A stretch of 63,619 bases of DNA, filler included, from Candidatus Nanoarchaeia archaeon (GTDB lineage Archaea; Nanobdellota; Nanobdellia; Woesearchaeales; DATDTY01): the NCBI GenBank assembly GCA_035290625.1. It is 6 parts of 6 records of this genome, joined end to end, with 100 filler letters (N's around TTAATTAATTAA, not from the genome) between each part and the next. Parts side by side here need not be neighbours in the genome. Positions count along the whole stretch, not along the records: positions 30,677 to 42,117 come from DATDTY010000017.1; positions 42,218 to 49,003 come from DATDTY010000019.1; positions 49,104 to 56,881 come from DATDTY010000020.1; 3 more parts are not named here. One strand, given 5' to 3'. Positions 39,899 through 49,264 of this stretch are shown here, in pieces (the first letter of the stretch is position 1; each line of letters opens with the position of its first letter). Under the pieces are notes generated by a model, which had not been told where the DNA came from, made no database searches, and was given only the letters and a program-made list of their open reading frames with translations. The position numbers and the translations under genes were made by a program.

Positions 39899-40477
39899 TC
39901 ACTGGCAACATAATGTATATTGGCTGCAGCAGAGATCCCTGTAGCCGCTGCCGAACAGGATATCAAGACCTTCGCAGAGGCCCCCATCTTCTCCATTCTG
40001 GCATATCGTCTCATTAACTGTCGTGCTTTGGGAAACCTTTAGCAGCAATTCCCCTTTGGCAGACCGGGGCAGCCCTCCCGGACCCTTCTTGTATTGGATG
40101 CTCAACGGCGTCCTCACCTTCTGATTGGCCGTTAACAGGCACTTGAGGCTAAAATCAGCGTAGCTGTTTTTTTCTATGTTCTGGCCTCCAAAATAACTGC
40201 AGACAGGGTCAACAGTCTCTATCGCTTCAACAAACACTACTGTAGTGACTGCATTTTTCAATCTTAGAATCACTCCTTCTGCATTCACACTGAAATCATC
40301 ACAAAGTAATCCAGATCCAGTTGCAAGGACACACTTCTCTGGCCCTAATTGCGCGGGGCTCAGGATATCAAAATATACCAAAGCGCCGATGACAATCAGG
40401 CTTATAACAATTACCATTCCATAATTCATCAAGAATTCCATAGCTGCCTGGCCTTTCTCTGCCATATACCCTTCCAT
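39899..40477 (-). CDS. Pilin-like protein with a class III signal peptide
   Basis: EKG/QAAMEFLMNYG followed by a hydrophobic helix. Confidence 0.85.
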   Translation of the reverse strand: MEGYMAEKGQAAMEFLMNYGMVIVISLIVIGALVYFDILSPAQLGPEKCVLATGSGLLCDDFSVNAEGVILRLKNAVTTVVFVEAIETVDPVCSYFGGQNIEKNSYADFSLKCLLTANQKVRTPLSIQYKKGPGGLPRSAKGELLLKVSQSTTVNETICQNGEDGGLCEGLDILFGSGYRDLCCSQYTLCCQ

Positions 40478-40620
40478 AGATTTTCGTTATTTAAATCTTC
40501 CTATCGCCAGGCTTAGCCCACTGTTGATTAAGGGCAAACTATCGTGCCTTGAATGAGACTTATCACAATGTTATTAAGAAAATAACGGGAAGCTGTGTAA
40601 GGGCAATCAATGTAAAAATG

Positions 40621-40675
40621 CAAAACCTTGAAATTTCATTCAAGGTTTTGGCTTGCTCAGCTTATCGCCGAGCAA
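40621..40675. repeat. Tandem hairpins (REP-like or terminator-like)
   Basis: Perfect 12-bp stem CAAAACCTTGAA/TTCAAGGTTTTG, followed by TTGCTCAGC/GCCGAGCAA. Confidence 0.55.
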
Positions 40676-40727
40676 AGCGTTTATTTTATTGGGAACGTTT
40701 CTGCTAAGCCAAAAATTCATATGGAGT

Positions 40728-42117
40728 CTAGCAACTAGGCGTGCCATTAATGCAGCCGCCTACACAGGTGTCAAACTGGGTTCCTGTTTTCACTCCGCAA
40801 TGCCCTCCGTCGCAGCTGAACACATATCCCCAAGGCGTGTTTCCATACTGGGCTGGTGGAACGGGCTGGTTGTTTCCATACCAATACGCACAGGCAGGAT
40901 TAATCGTGCTGAAATTGATTGCATCATACTGTGTCAGCCTCGTATTCGCGCAGCGGCCATCTACGCATCCAACGCTGCAGAAAGCTTGCTGTCCTGTATG
41001 CGTCCCATCAGATCTGCACATAAACTCATAAACTGTAGTTGTGGTTACACAATGATCCGCAAAACTGCCCCATATCTGCGAATCCTTTGGCGTGACAGTT
41101 CCTTTGATGTTATAAACTGCCCCTCCGTCGCTGTCAGAACAAAATGAGGTATTCTGGCTTGTGGTCTGATTTGTCGCATTCGTTGTCTGGTTAGTCGTCT
41201 GGTTCAAAGGCTGTGTGAAATTCGTGGCATTATTTGTCCTTGTCATTATCAAATAGTCTCTGTTGCCTACATCAAACGTAATGTTCCATCTAAAGGATCT
41301 CTGATCAAATGCGGCAGTGGTAAGGCTCGCATTAATCCCATTAGCAAATCCAAGGCTAAACCCATACCCGCTTGCTGGCTCGTCAAGTCTAACTTGTGTA
41401 TAGATGGTTCCATCTGAGCGAAGATAGGCGAGTTTATAGGTATGCCCATTAACCGTAACCAGATCATTCAGATAGATCCGATCTCCCAAACCCTTTGGAG
41501 CGGTTGAGGTATTGTCTCCAGCGATCTGTTTGTTTAGGGAAGGCAGGCATTCAATTTCCCTTCCACCAGACACAATAAACACCTTCACTTCCTCGTCAAG
41601 CCGCAGATTTCTAAGTGTTGCAAAGTAACGATTCAGCCTTCCAAAAACATCAGGCACCAAGGATTCTCGTCGGAGTGTGGTTTGGCTTATGCAGTAGCTC
41701 CGGTTTAAGTCAAATGGGCCACTAACCTCAATATCACAGCCAATATATCCGGTTCCATTAGCATCAGTATACATTACCGTACCAAGTGTTCTGCATGTGG
41801 CATTCGCAGTCCCTGTCGTATTTGTTGCATTTACAAATCCTGGTCCTTTAACATATGTCCCAAGCGTCGAGCCAGAGCCTATCTGGACAATTTCGACATT
41901 ATAGGTGCATCGTACTCCGGATGCTGCTGCGCAGAAGACCTGTCCACTCATCGTGGTTGTATTCCAGGCAACATTTGCATAGGTAAGCCCGTGCTGGCTG
42001 CAGAACGTAGCTCCAGTAACCACCCCATAATCAGCAGAGCGCTGTGCATCGAGGAGCGTGTCGCTGCTTGCCGTAGCACTTGGGTAGACAACGCTTTGAG
42101 GGCAGGTATCATTCAAA
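40728..42117 (-). CDS. Cys-rich surface protein (5' end lost at gap)
   Basis: Paralogous to 37740-39608 (KGLG-x2-IY segment, CSDSDG, CAYWYGNNQP...YGNTPWGY). Confidence 0.8.
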
Positions 42118-42217
42118 NNNNNNNNNNNNNNNNNNNNNNNNNNNNNNNNNNNNNNNNNNNNTTAATTAATTAANNNNNNNNNNNNNNNNNNNNNNNNNNN
42201 NNNNNNNNNNNNNNNNN
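42118..42217. other. Artificial contig linker
   Basis: Ns with TTAATTAATTAA. Confidence 0.99.
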
Positions 42218-42308
42218 CGTCCCTCACGGGGATATGTCGCTTTGAGCTGAGGCATTCGGAGCCGAGACTGGCGACAGCCACGAAGTGAGACTTTCACCTG
42301 CTGACCCA
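42218..42308. mobile_element. MITE-like hairpin element, copy 7 (partial, at contig edge)
   Basis: CCCTCACGGGGATATG is the reverse complement of CATATCCCCGTGAGGG in copy 4; CGAAGTGAGA as in copy 3. Confidence 0.6.
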
Positions 42309-42343
42309 AAACCTTTAATAACCCTCTTACCGTAAATTCTTCT

Positions 42344-42751
42344 ATGTCAAAGAAAGGGGAAGTGACGCTTCTTGCAGAGCTGGTCAAGATGACCCCCCAT
42401 ATTATTCTCCTCATTGTTGTCCTCTTAATTCTAACCAAATTCTACCTTGTCATCGCCAAAGAGGAAGAAACCCAGCCCCAGGTTGACCTGAAGCGGATTG
42501 TTGAAGAGATAGAAGGCCTTGAAAAAAGCCAAACCCTTGTTGTTCCAATCCTTGGAAAAGATTATGAGATTCAAAGAATTGAGAATGATCCAAGCAATCC
42601 GGAATGCAGAAGGCAGTGCCTTTGCGTCATTGAAGCCAAGAAAACCTGCAGAGTCGTTGAAACCCCAATCGCTCCCACCTCTCTCACCATCACCAGCCAG
42701 AAAACCCTGACACTCTCCTATGGCAATCAGGAAATTGAAATCTCTTCATAA
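42344..42751 (+). CDS. Pilin-like protein 1
   Basis: MSKKG followed by a hydrophobic helix. Confidence 0.75.
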   Translation: MSKKGEVTLLAELVKMTPHIILLIVVLLILTKFYLVIAKEEETQPQVDLKRIVEEIEGLEKSQTLVVPILGKDYEIQRIENDPSNPECRRQCLCVIEAKKTCRVVETPIAPTSLTITSQKTLTLSYGNQEIEISS

Positions 42752-43697
42752 AAAAGGGAATGCCCTGGAACTCGTCATACCGCCGATTTTCCAGATACTG
42801 CTTCCGATCCTCTTAGTCATGCTGCCATTGCTTGCATACACAAATTCCCTGTCAGACAACAAAACCTTTGAAAAGGAGTTTCTTGCAAATGACATTGCGC
42901 TCACCATCACTTCACTTGCATCGTTGAATGCTGACGCCGAGCTCAGCTACCTTCCAGAGCCTGGCTTCACAGCAATTATCCAGGAAAACAATGTACGGGT
43001 TGTCAGAGGGCGAGACCCTCTGGCATCAACAGCAGCCTTCTCTGCTCCCAGTCATATCCATGTTCTTCCTGCAGAGGTCTCCTTAAACGAGCCGGTCTTC
43101 TTTATCAAGCATGGGGATAGCATTGAGCTAACGAAAGAAAGAAAGGCTCTCTCAGGCCTTGCCTGCTCATTCGATCCAGCATACGAGCCAGAAGGAAAAT
43201 CCATCCTTATTGACCCAGGCCATGGCGGCTCAGACCAAGGCTTTTCTGCAAATGGCATCATCGAGTCAGAAGCAGTTACTGCTCTGGCCCAGCTCATCCC
43301 TGGGGAAAAAACACGGGAAACGAACAGGGATCTAAGCCTTGAAGAGCGGCTCCAAAAAGCAGAGCATGCAGACACCACCCTCAGCCTGCATCTCGGGCAA
43401 GCATCCCCTTCATCCTCGCCTATCAAAGTCTTCTTTTCTACAGCATCCTCTCCTCAAACAAAAGACCTTGCCTGCAGGCTCGCATCCAGGCTCGAAGATG
43501 CTCTCCCAAACACAGGCGCAGCTATACTTCCGGTCATTCCCCAGGATTTGGATCCCAATGACCCCAAAAAAATACTCCTTGATGGAAAAACTGCAGTGCT
43601 CATAGAGCTCGGGAATGTAAACAATGCAGATTTTGTCAGTGAATTCAACCAGCAAAAAGGTGAGATTGCAAATGCGATGGTTTCAGGCCTCTCGTAA
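42720..43697 (+). CDS. Pilin-like protein fused to an N-acetylmuramoyl-L-alanine amidase (Amidase_3) domain
   Basis: KKG/NALE plus a TM helix; ILIDPGHGGSDQG, IIESE, LSLEER, SLH and AVLIELG motifs. Confidence 0.85.
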   Translation: MAIRKLKSLHKKGNALELVIPPIFQILLPILLVMLPLLAYTNSLSDNKTFEKEFLANDIALTITSLASLNADAELSYLPEPGFTAIIQENNVRVVRGRDPLASTAAFSAPSHIHVLPAEVSLNEPVFFIKHGDSIELTKERKALSGLACSFDPAYEPEGKSILIDPGHGGSDQGFSANGIIESEAVTALAQLIPGEKTRETNRDLSLEERLQKAEHADTTLSLHLGQASPSSSPIKVFFSTASSPQTKDLACRLASRLEDALPNTGAAILPVIPQDLDPNDPKKILLDGKTAVLIELGNVNNADFVSEFNQQKGEIANAMVSGLS

Positions 43698-44166
43698 AGC
43701 CCTGCTTGGAGAAAACCTCGATATGGTGATCATCATACCTCTTATTGCTATCATTGTCTTTACTGTTGTCTCTGTTGCAAACGCTTCTCTTGCAAAAAGG
43801 CTCGATACAAACTACCTTGAAGAGCGCCTCCTTACAGAGCAGGTCATTGCCTCGCTTGCATATACCGATTCAACGGGTTACACCATGCCAAACTCTGTTG
43901 ACCTTGGCCTCTTCCGGCAGGAACTCCTGCCAGCCCAACGCAGCTTCAGGCTTGCCTTGAAGCCAAATGACAGGCCTGAGGCGCAGATCTCCAGCCAGGA
44001 TTTTGAGGATCAGTATCCCTTGCGCGGCCTTTCATTTATCCTCCTAACAAAAACAGTGTCTATCAGTGTGATAGACGGGTCTCAGGCCTATCCCGCTGCG
44101 CTCACCATTGAGCAGCTCATACCGAAACAGAGGGCATTCAATATACAGGAGGATCCTGATGAATAA
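43672..44166 (+). CDS. Pilin-like protein 3
   Basis: RKA followed by a hydrophobic helix; overlaps its neighbours. Confidence 0.7.
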   Translation: MRWFQASRKALLGENLDMVIIIPLIAIIVFTVVSVANASLAKRLDTNYLEERLLTEQVIASLAYTDSTGYTMPNSVDLGLFRQELLPAQRSFRLALKPNDRPEAQISSQDFEDQYPLRGLSFILLTKTVSISVIDGSQAYPAALTIEQLIPKQRAFNIQEDPDE

Positions 44167-44578
44167 AAAAGCATTTCCAAAATACTTGAACCTTCTCTTA
44201 AGCATAGTCCTGATCGCCTTCTTCTTTGTAGCGTTCTTTATGTGGTATTCCTATGACGCAAATCAGGAGGCAGATGCTGTGGCAGCCTCAATGGCTGGTA
44301 TTCAGGGAGCCCAGCTGATGTCCAGCTATCTCCTCTCTTCCTATGAAGGAGTTCCGATGGATGAGCTCATCGCCTCTTTTTATCTCACGGAAGATGAAAC
44401 CCAGCTCAGGCAAGCAACCCAGGCATTCTTCTCTTCTATCTACCAAAACCCCTCCTGGGCGCTCACTGTAGGGGATGAAGTTATCACCCAGGGCAATCCA
44501 CAAGGCCAGGAACAGACACTCCAGATGCCTCTCCTCTCTCCAGCTCAAACTATCCCTGTAACACTCCAACTCCCATGA
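44159..44578 (+). CDS. Pilin-like protein 4
   Basis: MNKKA/F followed by a hydrophobic helix; GGAGG SD. Confidence 0.75.
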   Translation: MNKKAFPKYLNLLLSIVLIAFFFVAFFMWYSYDANQEADAVAASMAGIQGAQLMSSYLLSSYEGVPMDELIASFYLTEDETQLRQATQAFFSSIYQNPSWALTVGDEVITQGNPQGQEQTLQMPLLSPAQTIPVTLQLP

Positions 44579-45462
44579 GCAAAAAAGGATTTTCCATGCC
44601 TGTAGTCCTTGCGGTAATTGTAGTTCCTGTTGTCCTGCTCAGCTTAGCCATCCAGATCAATGAAAAGCTTGGAACAGAGCAACAGACAAGAGTCATTGGA
44701 AGGCAAGCAGCCTCAATCCAGGAAGCAAGGCAAACACAGCTGCAGCTCCAGACCACTATCCCAATCGCATTGAAAAACGCAGCCTATCAGGCACATTTTG
44801 ACATTGCAGAGCAGGGAGCAACATTCCAGTTTGGCGACTGCGGCCAGGCGAACGGAATCGCCTTGTGGAATTCTCCAGAAAGCTGGACAGGCCATTCCTG
44901 CATTCCAACACCTTCATCAATCAAAGATGCATATTCCAGATTCCTCAGAATCCGCCTTGGTGCATACCTTGCAGCTATCAATTTTCCGGAAGAAGGCTAC
45001 TATTTCCTGATTCAGGATGGCGGAGTTGTAACTGCCATAGCCATCTCTTCGATGAGAACCCCAATCACTGCCGGAGGTGAAATCGGGCAGCTCGCGTTCA
45101 AGCCAAATGCCAGGACCAGCATCCCCTTCAATTTCAATATCTACGGGCACGCTGCAGACGACGCAAAACAGCTCCTCAGCAATGTCTTTGAATGCCAGTC
45201 AGAAGGCTTTCTTCCTTCAGCCTGCGTTGAAAGGGCAATGACCCTCGCTCAAACGCCATGGACGCTCACAGCAAGCGAAAACTCCATCTATTTCTTTGAA
45301 GTCAATACAGGCTACTCATTTCCAAAAGAGGCAAACGGTATAATCCAGAACGAGCCGGTGGTCATCAAGTTTAGCCTTGCCATTCCTGACCTGTTATCTG
45401 GCCAACAATCTTTCCGGCCGCCTCTCCAGCCATCGCCTGCAACAATCCGGTCCGCAACCTGA
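44575..45462 (+). CDS. Pilin-like protein 5
   Basis: MSKKG/F followed by a hydrophobic helix; ATGA overlap with the previous gene. Confidence 0.75.
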   Translation: MSKKGFSMPVVLAVIVVPVVLLSLAIQINEKLGTEQQTRVIGRQAASIQEARQTQLQLQTTIPIALKNAAYQAHFDIAEQGATFQFGDCGQANGIALWNSPESWTGHSCIPTPSSIKDAYSRFLRIRLGAYLAAINFPEEGYYFLIQDGGVVTAIAISSMRTPITAGGEIGQLAFKPNARTSIPFNFNIYGHAADDAKQLLSNVFECQSEGFLPSACVERAMTLAQTPWTLTASENSIYFFEVNTGYSFPKEANGIIQNEPVVIKFSLAIPDLLSGQQSFRPPLQPSPATIRSAT

Positions 45463-45480
45463 ATGCCTCTCAATATCTAC

Positions 45481-45619
45481 TCTGGAGCGAGCCCAGCATC
45501 CTTTCTGCGAGCTTCTTCGCGCTCATAACCACTGCTGACAGAGGGTAGGCCCCTTCGGGGGTGTCAGCAATCGCAGATATAACCACAAGCGAGCCCGATG
45601 CTGATTGGCTTGCTCCAGA
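45481..45619. mobile_element. MITE-like hairpin element, copy 8
   Basis: Termini TCTGGAGCGAGCC/GGCTTGCTCCAGA; core shared with copies 10 and 11; direct repeat TCTCAATATCTACTC at 45468-45482 and 45622-45636. Confidence 0.8.
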
Positions 45620-45678
45620 CATCTCAATATCTACTCCATAACATAAAACTTTATAAACAAACCAACTGACCATGGTGT

Positions 45679-46662
45679 ATGATCAAGATTCCTTTCCAGG
45701 AGATTATTAACAAAATAAAGGAAGCCTCTGATCTTTCAGAAGAAGAGATCCACACAAGGATAGACGAAAAAACCAGGCAGCTTTCTGGGCTGATCAGCAA
45801 GGATGGCGCAGCCCATATCATTGCAAATGAGCTCGGCATCAGGGTCATCGACCAGGTCTCAGGAAAGCTCCAGATCAAGAATATCCTCTCTGGAATGAGG
45901 TCTGTCGAGACCGCAGGAAAAGTCCTGGAGAACTATGGGGTCAGGGAATTCAATTCTGCAGGAAGAGAAGGAAAGGTTGCATCCTTTCTCCTTGGAGACG
46001 AGTCAGGAACAATACGCGTTGTTTCCTGGGGGGCTACTGCAGATATTGCAGGTCAGCTTGCTCCGGGATCTATTGTCAAGATCGTCTCAGGCTATGTCCG
46101 CGACAACAGGGGATTTATCGAGGTTCATGTCAATGAGAAATCAAAGCTTATCGTCAATCCTGAGGGCATTGCTGTAGGAGACCTCAAGCCGGAGATTGCA
46201 AGAAAAAGCATCAAGGATTTGAAGGATGGAGACCGTGACATTGAGATCTTCGGGACCATTGTCCAGGTCTTTGAGCCGAAATTCTTCGAGGTCTGCCCCG
46301 AATGCGGATCCCGCGCAAGGCTCGAGGGCTCTGAGTATCGCTGCAGAAGCCACGGATCCGTCGTTCCTTCCTATTCCTATGTTACCACGATTGTGCTGGA
46401 TGACGGCACCGAGACGATGAGGATTGCATGCTTCAGGAAAGAGGCAGAATCCCTTTTGGGAATTTCGCAGCAGGAGTTCCAGCAGATCAGGAAGGATCCG
46501 GGGGCGTTTGAGCCATGGAAGACTGAGCTGCTCGGCAACCAGATCATTGTGAAGGGAAGGTGCAACCACAACCAGATGTTTGACCGCCTGGAATTTGTTG
46601 CAAGCTTCCTCAACACCAGCCCAAATCCGCAGGAGGAGATTGCCCGTCTTGAAGCCAAATGA
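45679..46662 (+). CDS. rpa: Replication protein A (OB folds and Zn finger)
   Basis: GDESGTIRVVSW, CPEC...CRSH and LDDGT motifs. Confidence 0.9.
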   Translation: MIKIPFQEIINKIKEASDLSEEEIHTRIDEKTRQLSGLISKDGAAHIIANELGIRVIDQVSGKLQIKNILSGMRSVETAGKVLENYGVREFNSAGREGKVASFLLGDESGTIRVVSWGATADIAGQLAPGSIVKIVSGYVRDNRGFIEVHVNEKSKLIVNPEGIAVGDLKPEIARKSIKDLKDGDRDIEIFGTIVQVFEPKFFEVCPECGSRARLEGSEYRCRSHGSVVPSYSYVTTIVLDDGTETMRIACFRKEAESLLGISQQEFQQIRKDPGAFEPWKTELLGNQIIVKGRCNHNQMFDRLEFVASFLNTSPNPQEEIARLEAK

Positions 46663-47114
46663 TGGCCAGGACTCATGTTGCTTTTGGAATCCTTGTTGGA
46701 TTGTTTTTTATAACTCCTTACTCTTTTTTTAATAAAATTGTTTTCATGGCATTCATTATCATTGGAAGCTTGCTTCCTGACATTGACACTCCCAAAAGCA
46801 AGCTAGGAAAGAAGATAAAGCCAATAGCCCATCTGTTTTCATTCCTCTTTGGTCACCGCGGCATTCTCCATTCCATTTGGCTCCCTGCTGCGTTATTGAT
46901 CATTCATTATTATTTTTTTAGCAATACTATCCTGTTCGCTTTGGCAATTGGCTGCATTTCACATTTAGTCTTAGACTCCTTCACAATCCAAGGAATAAAC
47001 TTCATCCACCCTTTCCAGAAGCTTCATGTCTCTGGGTTTGTGGAGACGGGAAAGATCTTTGAGTTGGCGGTATTCTTCATTATCATATCTATGATTATAG
47101 TAAAACTCCTATGA
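46659..47114 (+). CDS. YdjM-like membrane metal-dependent hydrolase
   Basis: TH, LLPDID, HRGILHS and SHLVLD motifs. Confidence 0.9.
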   Translation: MMARTHVAFGILVGLFFITPYSFFNKIVFMAFIIIGSLLPDIDTPKSKLGKKIKPIAHLFSFLFGHRGILHSIWLPAALLIIHYYFFSNTILFALAIGCISHLVLDSFTIQGINFIHPFQKLHVSGFVETGKIFELAVFFIIISMIIVKLL

Positions 47115-47221
47115 GCGGCAGCTTAGAACATCCAGGATAATCTTTCTCTAAAAAGAGGGAATCCTGCTACCATGCCAAGGAAGATAATGTTTGTCCAAGA
47201 AGAGCAAATCCTACTACCAAA

Positions 47222-47308
47222 CCCACTCGACACCCCTAACCTCTTCAAATTCTCTAAATACAGCCCTCCTGCCCCTAAAAACCATTTCTCACTCCCCACT
47301 CGACACCC
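47222..47308 (+). repeat. 14-bp direct repeat CCCACTCGACACCC (2 copies) upstream of a promoter
   Basis: Copies start at ~47222 and ~47295; TATTTAAA follows at ~47319. Confidence 0.6.
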
Positions 47309-47437
47309 TCGGATGAGCTATTTAAACAACCCCGTCCTATGAGTAGCCTGTGTACCAAATTCCCATCCCTGGGATCAAGTAAGATCCATAATCAAGGGGA
47401 TGTTGAAACAAAACGCGAAAGCAAGGAGGTTGGTAAC

Positions 47438-47719
47438 ATGGAAAACGAGGGAAATATCCCTGAAAGGAAATTCAGCACTGGAGCAATCAGTGCAACGGTC
47501 TGGAGAAACAACGGCAAGTCAAAGCAGGGAAGCAATTTTGAATTCCGCACCGTGAGCCTGCAGCGAAGATACGCTGACAAGAACGGCGAGTGGAAGACTG
47601 CAAACTCCTTCCGCCTGAATGACCTGCCAAAGGCAGCGCTTGTTCTGCAGAAAGCCTATGAGTATGTCGTGATGAAAGAACCCGACTTCATAGCCCCTGT
47701 GGAAGAGCTTGTTATTTAA
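47438..47719 (+). CDS. Small putative ssDNA-binding protein
   Basis: GGAGG SD; ISATVWRN...SLQRRY...GEWK...DLPKA, a beta-rich family seen in DPANN. The function is inferred. Confidence 0.7.
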   Translation: MENEGNIPERKFSTGAISATVWRNNGKSKQGSNFEFRTVSLQRRYADKNGEWKTANSFRLNDLPKAALVLQKAYEYVVMKEPDFIAPVEELVI

Positions 47720-47775
47720 TTTTTTTTATCATCCATATACAGTACAATACAAAAACTAAAAAAGGTGAAGCTATT

Positions 47776-48765
47776 ATGAAACAAAAACTCATTCAAATGG
47801 AGCAGCCTCAGGAAGAGATGCCGAAGGAAAAGACTTTGTATGATCTGCCAGGAGTAGGTCCGGCAACCGCAGAGAAGCTCGAGCAGGCAGGCTTTACGGA
47901 TCTTATGTCTGTTGCAGTCGCAACACCCGGGGAATTGATGGATGCGGCAGGGCTCACAGAGGTAGGAGCGAAAAAGATCATTGTTGTCGCAAGAGCATCC
48001 CTGCAGATGGGGTTTGAGTCAGGGGCCGACCTGCTCAAGAGGAGAAGCAACGTTATCAAACTATCAAGTTCCAGCAAGGAGCTTGATAAGCTGATGGCAG
48101 GCGGCTTTGAGACAGGCTGCATTACAGAAGTCTACGGAGCCTATGGATCAAGCAAGACGCAGATCGCCCACCAGCTTGCAGTCAATGTCCAGCTCCCTAA
48201 AGATCAGGGCGGCGCAGAAGGCGAAGCAGTCTACATTGATACAGAAAACACCTTCAGGCCTGAGCGCATCACCCAGATGGCAAAAGGGATGGGCCTTGAC
48301 CCAGAAAAAGTCCTTGAGAACATCAAGGTTGCCAGAGCCTTTAACTCTGACCACCAGATGATTCTGGCAGAGAAGGTGGAAGACCTTATAAAAAAAGGAG
48401 TGAACGTCAGGCTTGTTGTTGTTGACTCCATGACTGCCCACTTCCGCGCAGAGTTCATTGGCAGAGGCACCCTTGCTGAGCGCCAGCAGAAGATCAACAA
48501 GCATATGCACGTCCTCCAGAGGCTTGCAGACCGCTACAACTTCGTCGTCCTTGTGACCAATCAGGTCATGGCAAGGCCAGACATGTTCTTCGGTGATCCG
48601 ACTGAGGCGATTGGAGGCCACATCGTAGGCCACAACTCCACATTCAGGATCTATCTGCGAAGGGGAAAGAAGGGCAGCAGGGTAGCCAAGCTCGTTGACG
48701 CCCCTAACCTTCCGGAAGGAGAGGCAGTCTTCCAGGTTCTCGAGGAGGGAATCAGGGATCTTTGA
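47776..48765 (+). CDS. radA: DNA repair and recombination protein RadA
   Basis: DLPGVG HhH; GAYGSSKTQ, YIDTENTFRPER and GRGTLAERQQ motifs. Confidence 0.97.
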   Translation: MKQKLIQMEQPQEEMPKEKTLYDLPGVGPATAEKLEQAGFTDLMSVAVATPGELMDAAGLTEVGAKKIIVVARASLQMGFESGADLLKRRSNVIKLSSSSKELDKLMAGGFETGCITEVYGAYGSSKTQIAHQLAVNVQLPKDQGGAEGEAVYIDTENTFRPERITQMAKGMGLDPEKVLENIKVARAFNSDHQMILAEKVEDLIKKGVNVRLVVVDSMTAHFRAEFIGRGTLAERQQKINKHMHVLQRLADRYNFVVLVTNQVMARPDMFFGDPTEAIGGHIVGHNSTFRIYLRRGKKGSRVAKLVDAPNLPEGEAVFQVLEEGIRDL

Positions 48766-48866
48766 TCCTCTTTTTTTCTAATTTTTATTTTTATATGTCC
48801 GCGCATCCTGCATCCTGCGCTGGACCCAGTATATGCCACGGCTCTGCGCATTTCAACATCGCAACC

Positions 48867-49003
48867 TGTCTTATCCCGAAACTATTTCCCTACGGTGAGT
48901 TACATTGGAGCATGAAACTCACCAGAGGGAAGCTTATGGAGACCATAAGGCGCAAGAATGATGGCTGGACAACCTATCAAGCGAGGAAAATAGCCCGTGT
49001 TAG
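48867..49003 (+). mobile_element. IS481-like element: left end and transposase N-terminus (truncated at gap)
   Basis: Starts TGT; ATG 48912 gives MKLTRGKLMETIRRKNDGWTTYQARKIARV (HTH-like). Confidence 0.5.
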
Positions 49004-49103
49004 NNNNNNNNNNNNNNNNNNNNNNNNNNNNNNNNNNNNNNNNNNNNTTAATTAATTAANNNNNNNNNNNNNNNNNNNNNNNNNNNNNNNNNNNNNNNNN
49101 NNN
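49004..49103. other. Artificial contig linker
   Basis: Ns with TTAATTAATTAA. Confidence 0.99.
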
Positions 49104-49180
49104 TAGACCTCTTGACCTATAAAGGAGTCCATCGTTTGTTGAAAGAGAGAATACTCAAGGAAGAGGTTAAGATATTATGA
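49104..49180 (+). CDS. MntA-type minimal nucleotidyltransferase antitoxin, C-terminus
   Basis: DLLTYKGVHRLLKERILKEEVKIL*. Confidence 0.7.
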
Positions 49181-49248
49181 AAAGAGACCCATTGGTGTTT
49201 ATAGAGCACATCCTTGAGAGCATCGGGAACATAGTGTCTTTTTCTTAA
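49177..49248 (+). pseudogene. HepT/DUF86 toxin truncated after 23 codons
   Basis: MKRDPLVFIEHILESI... with an ATGA overlap to mntA; the rest of the gene is absent. Confidence 0.7.
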
Positions 49249-49264
49249 CTTTTATCGAAGATAT

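Noticed and set aside
37740..40940. Possible diversity-generating retroelement template/variable repeat pair
   Set aside because: Differences between the two copies are not adenine-restricted, both copies are coding, and no reverse transcriptase is present in the window.
45470..45673. Similar short ORFs at 45470-45673 and 57065-57307 (TPEGAYPLSAV)
   Set aside because: They are translations of the repeat element; the frame is not kept in other copies.
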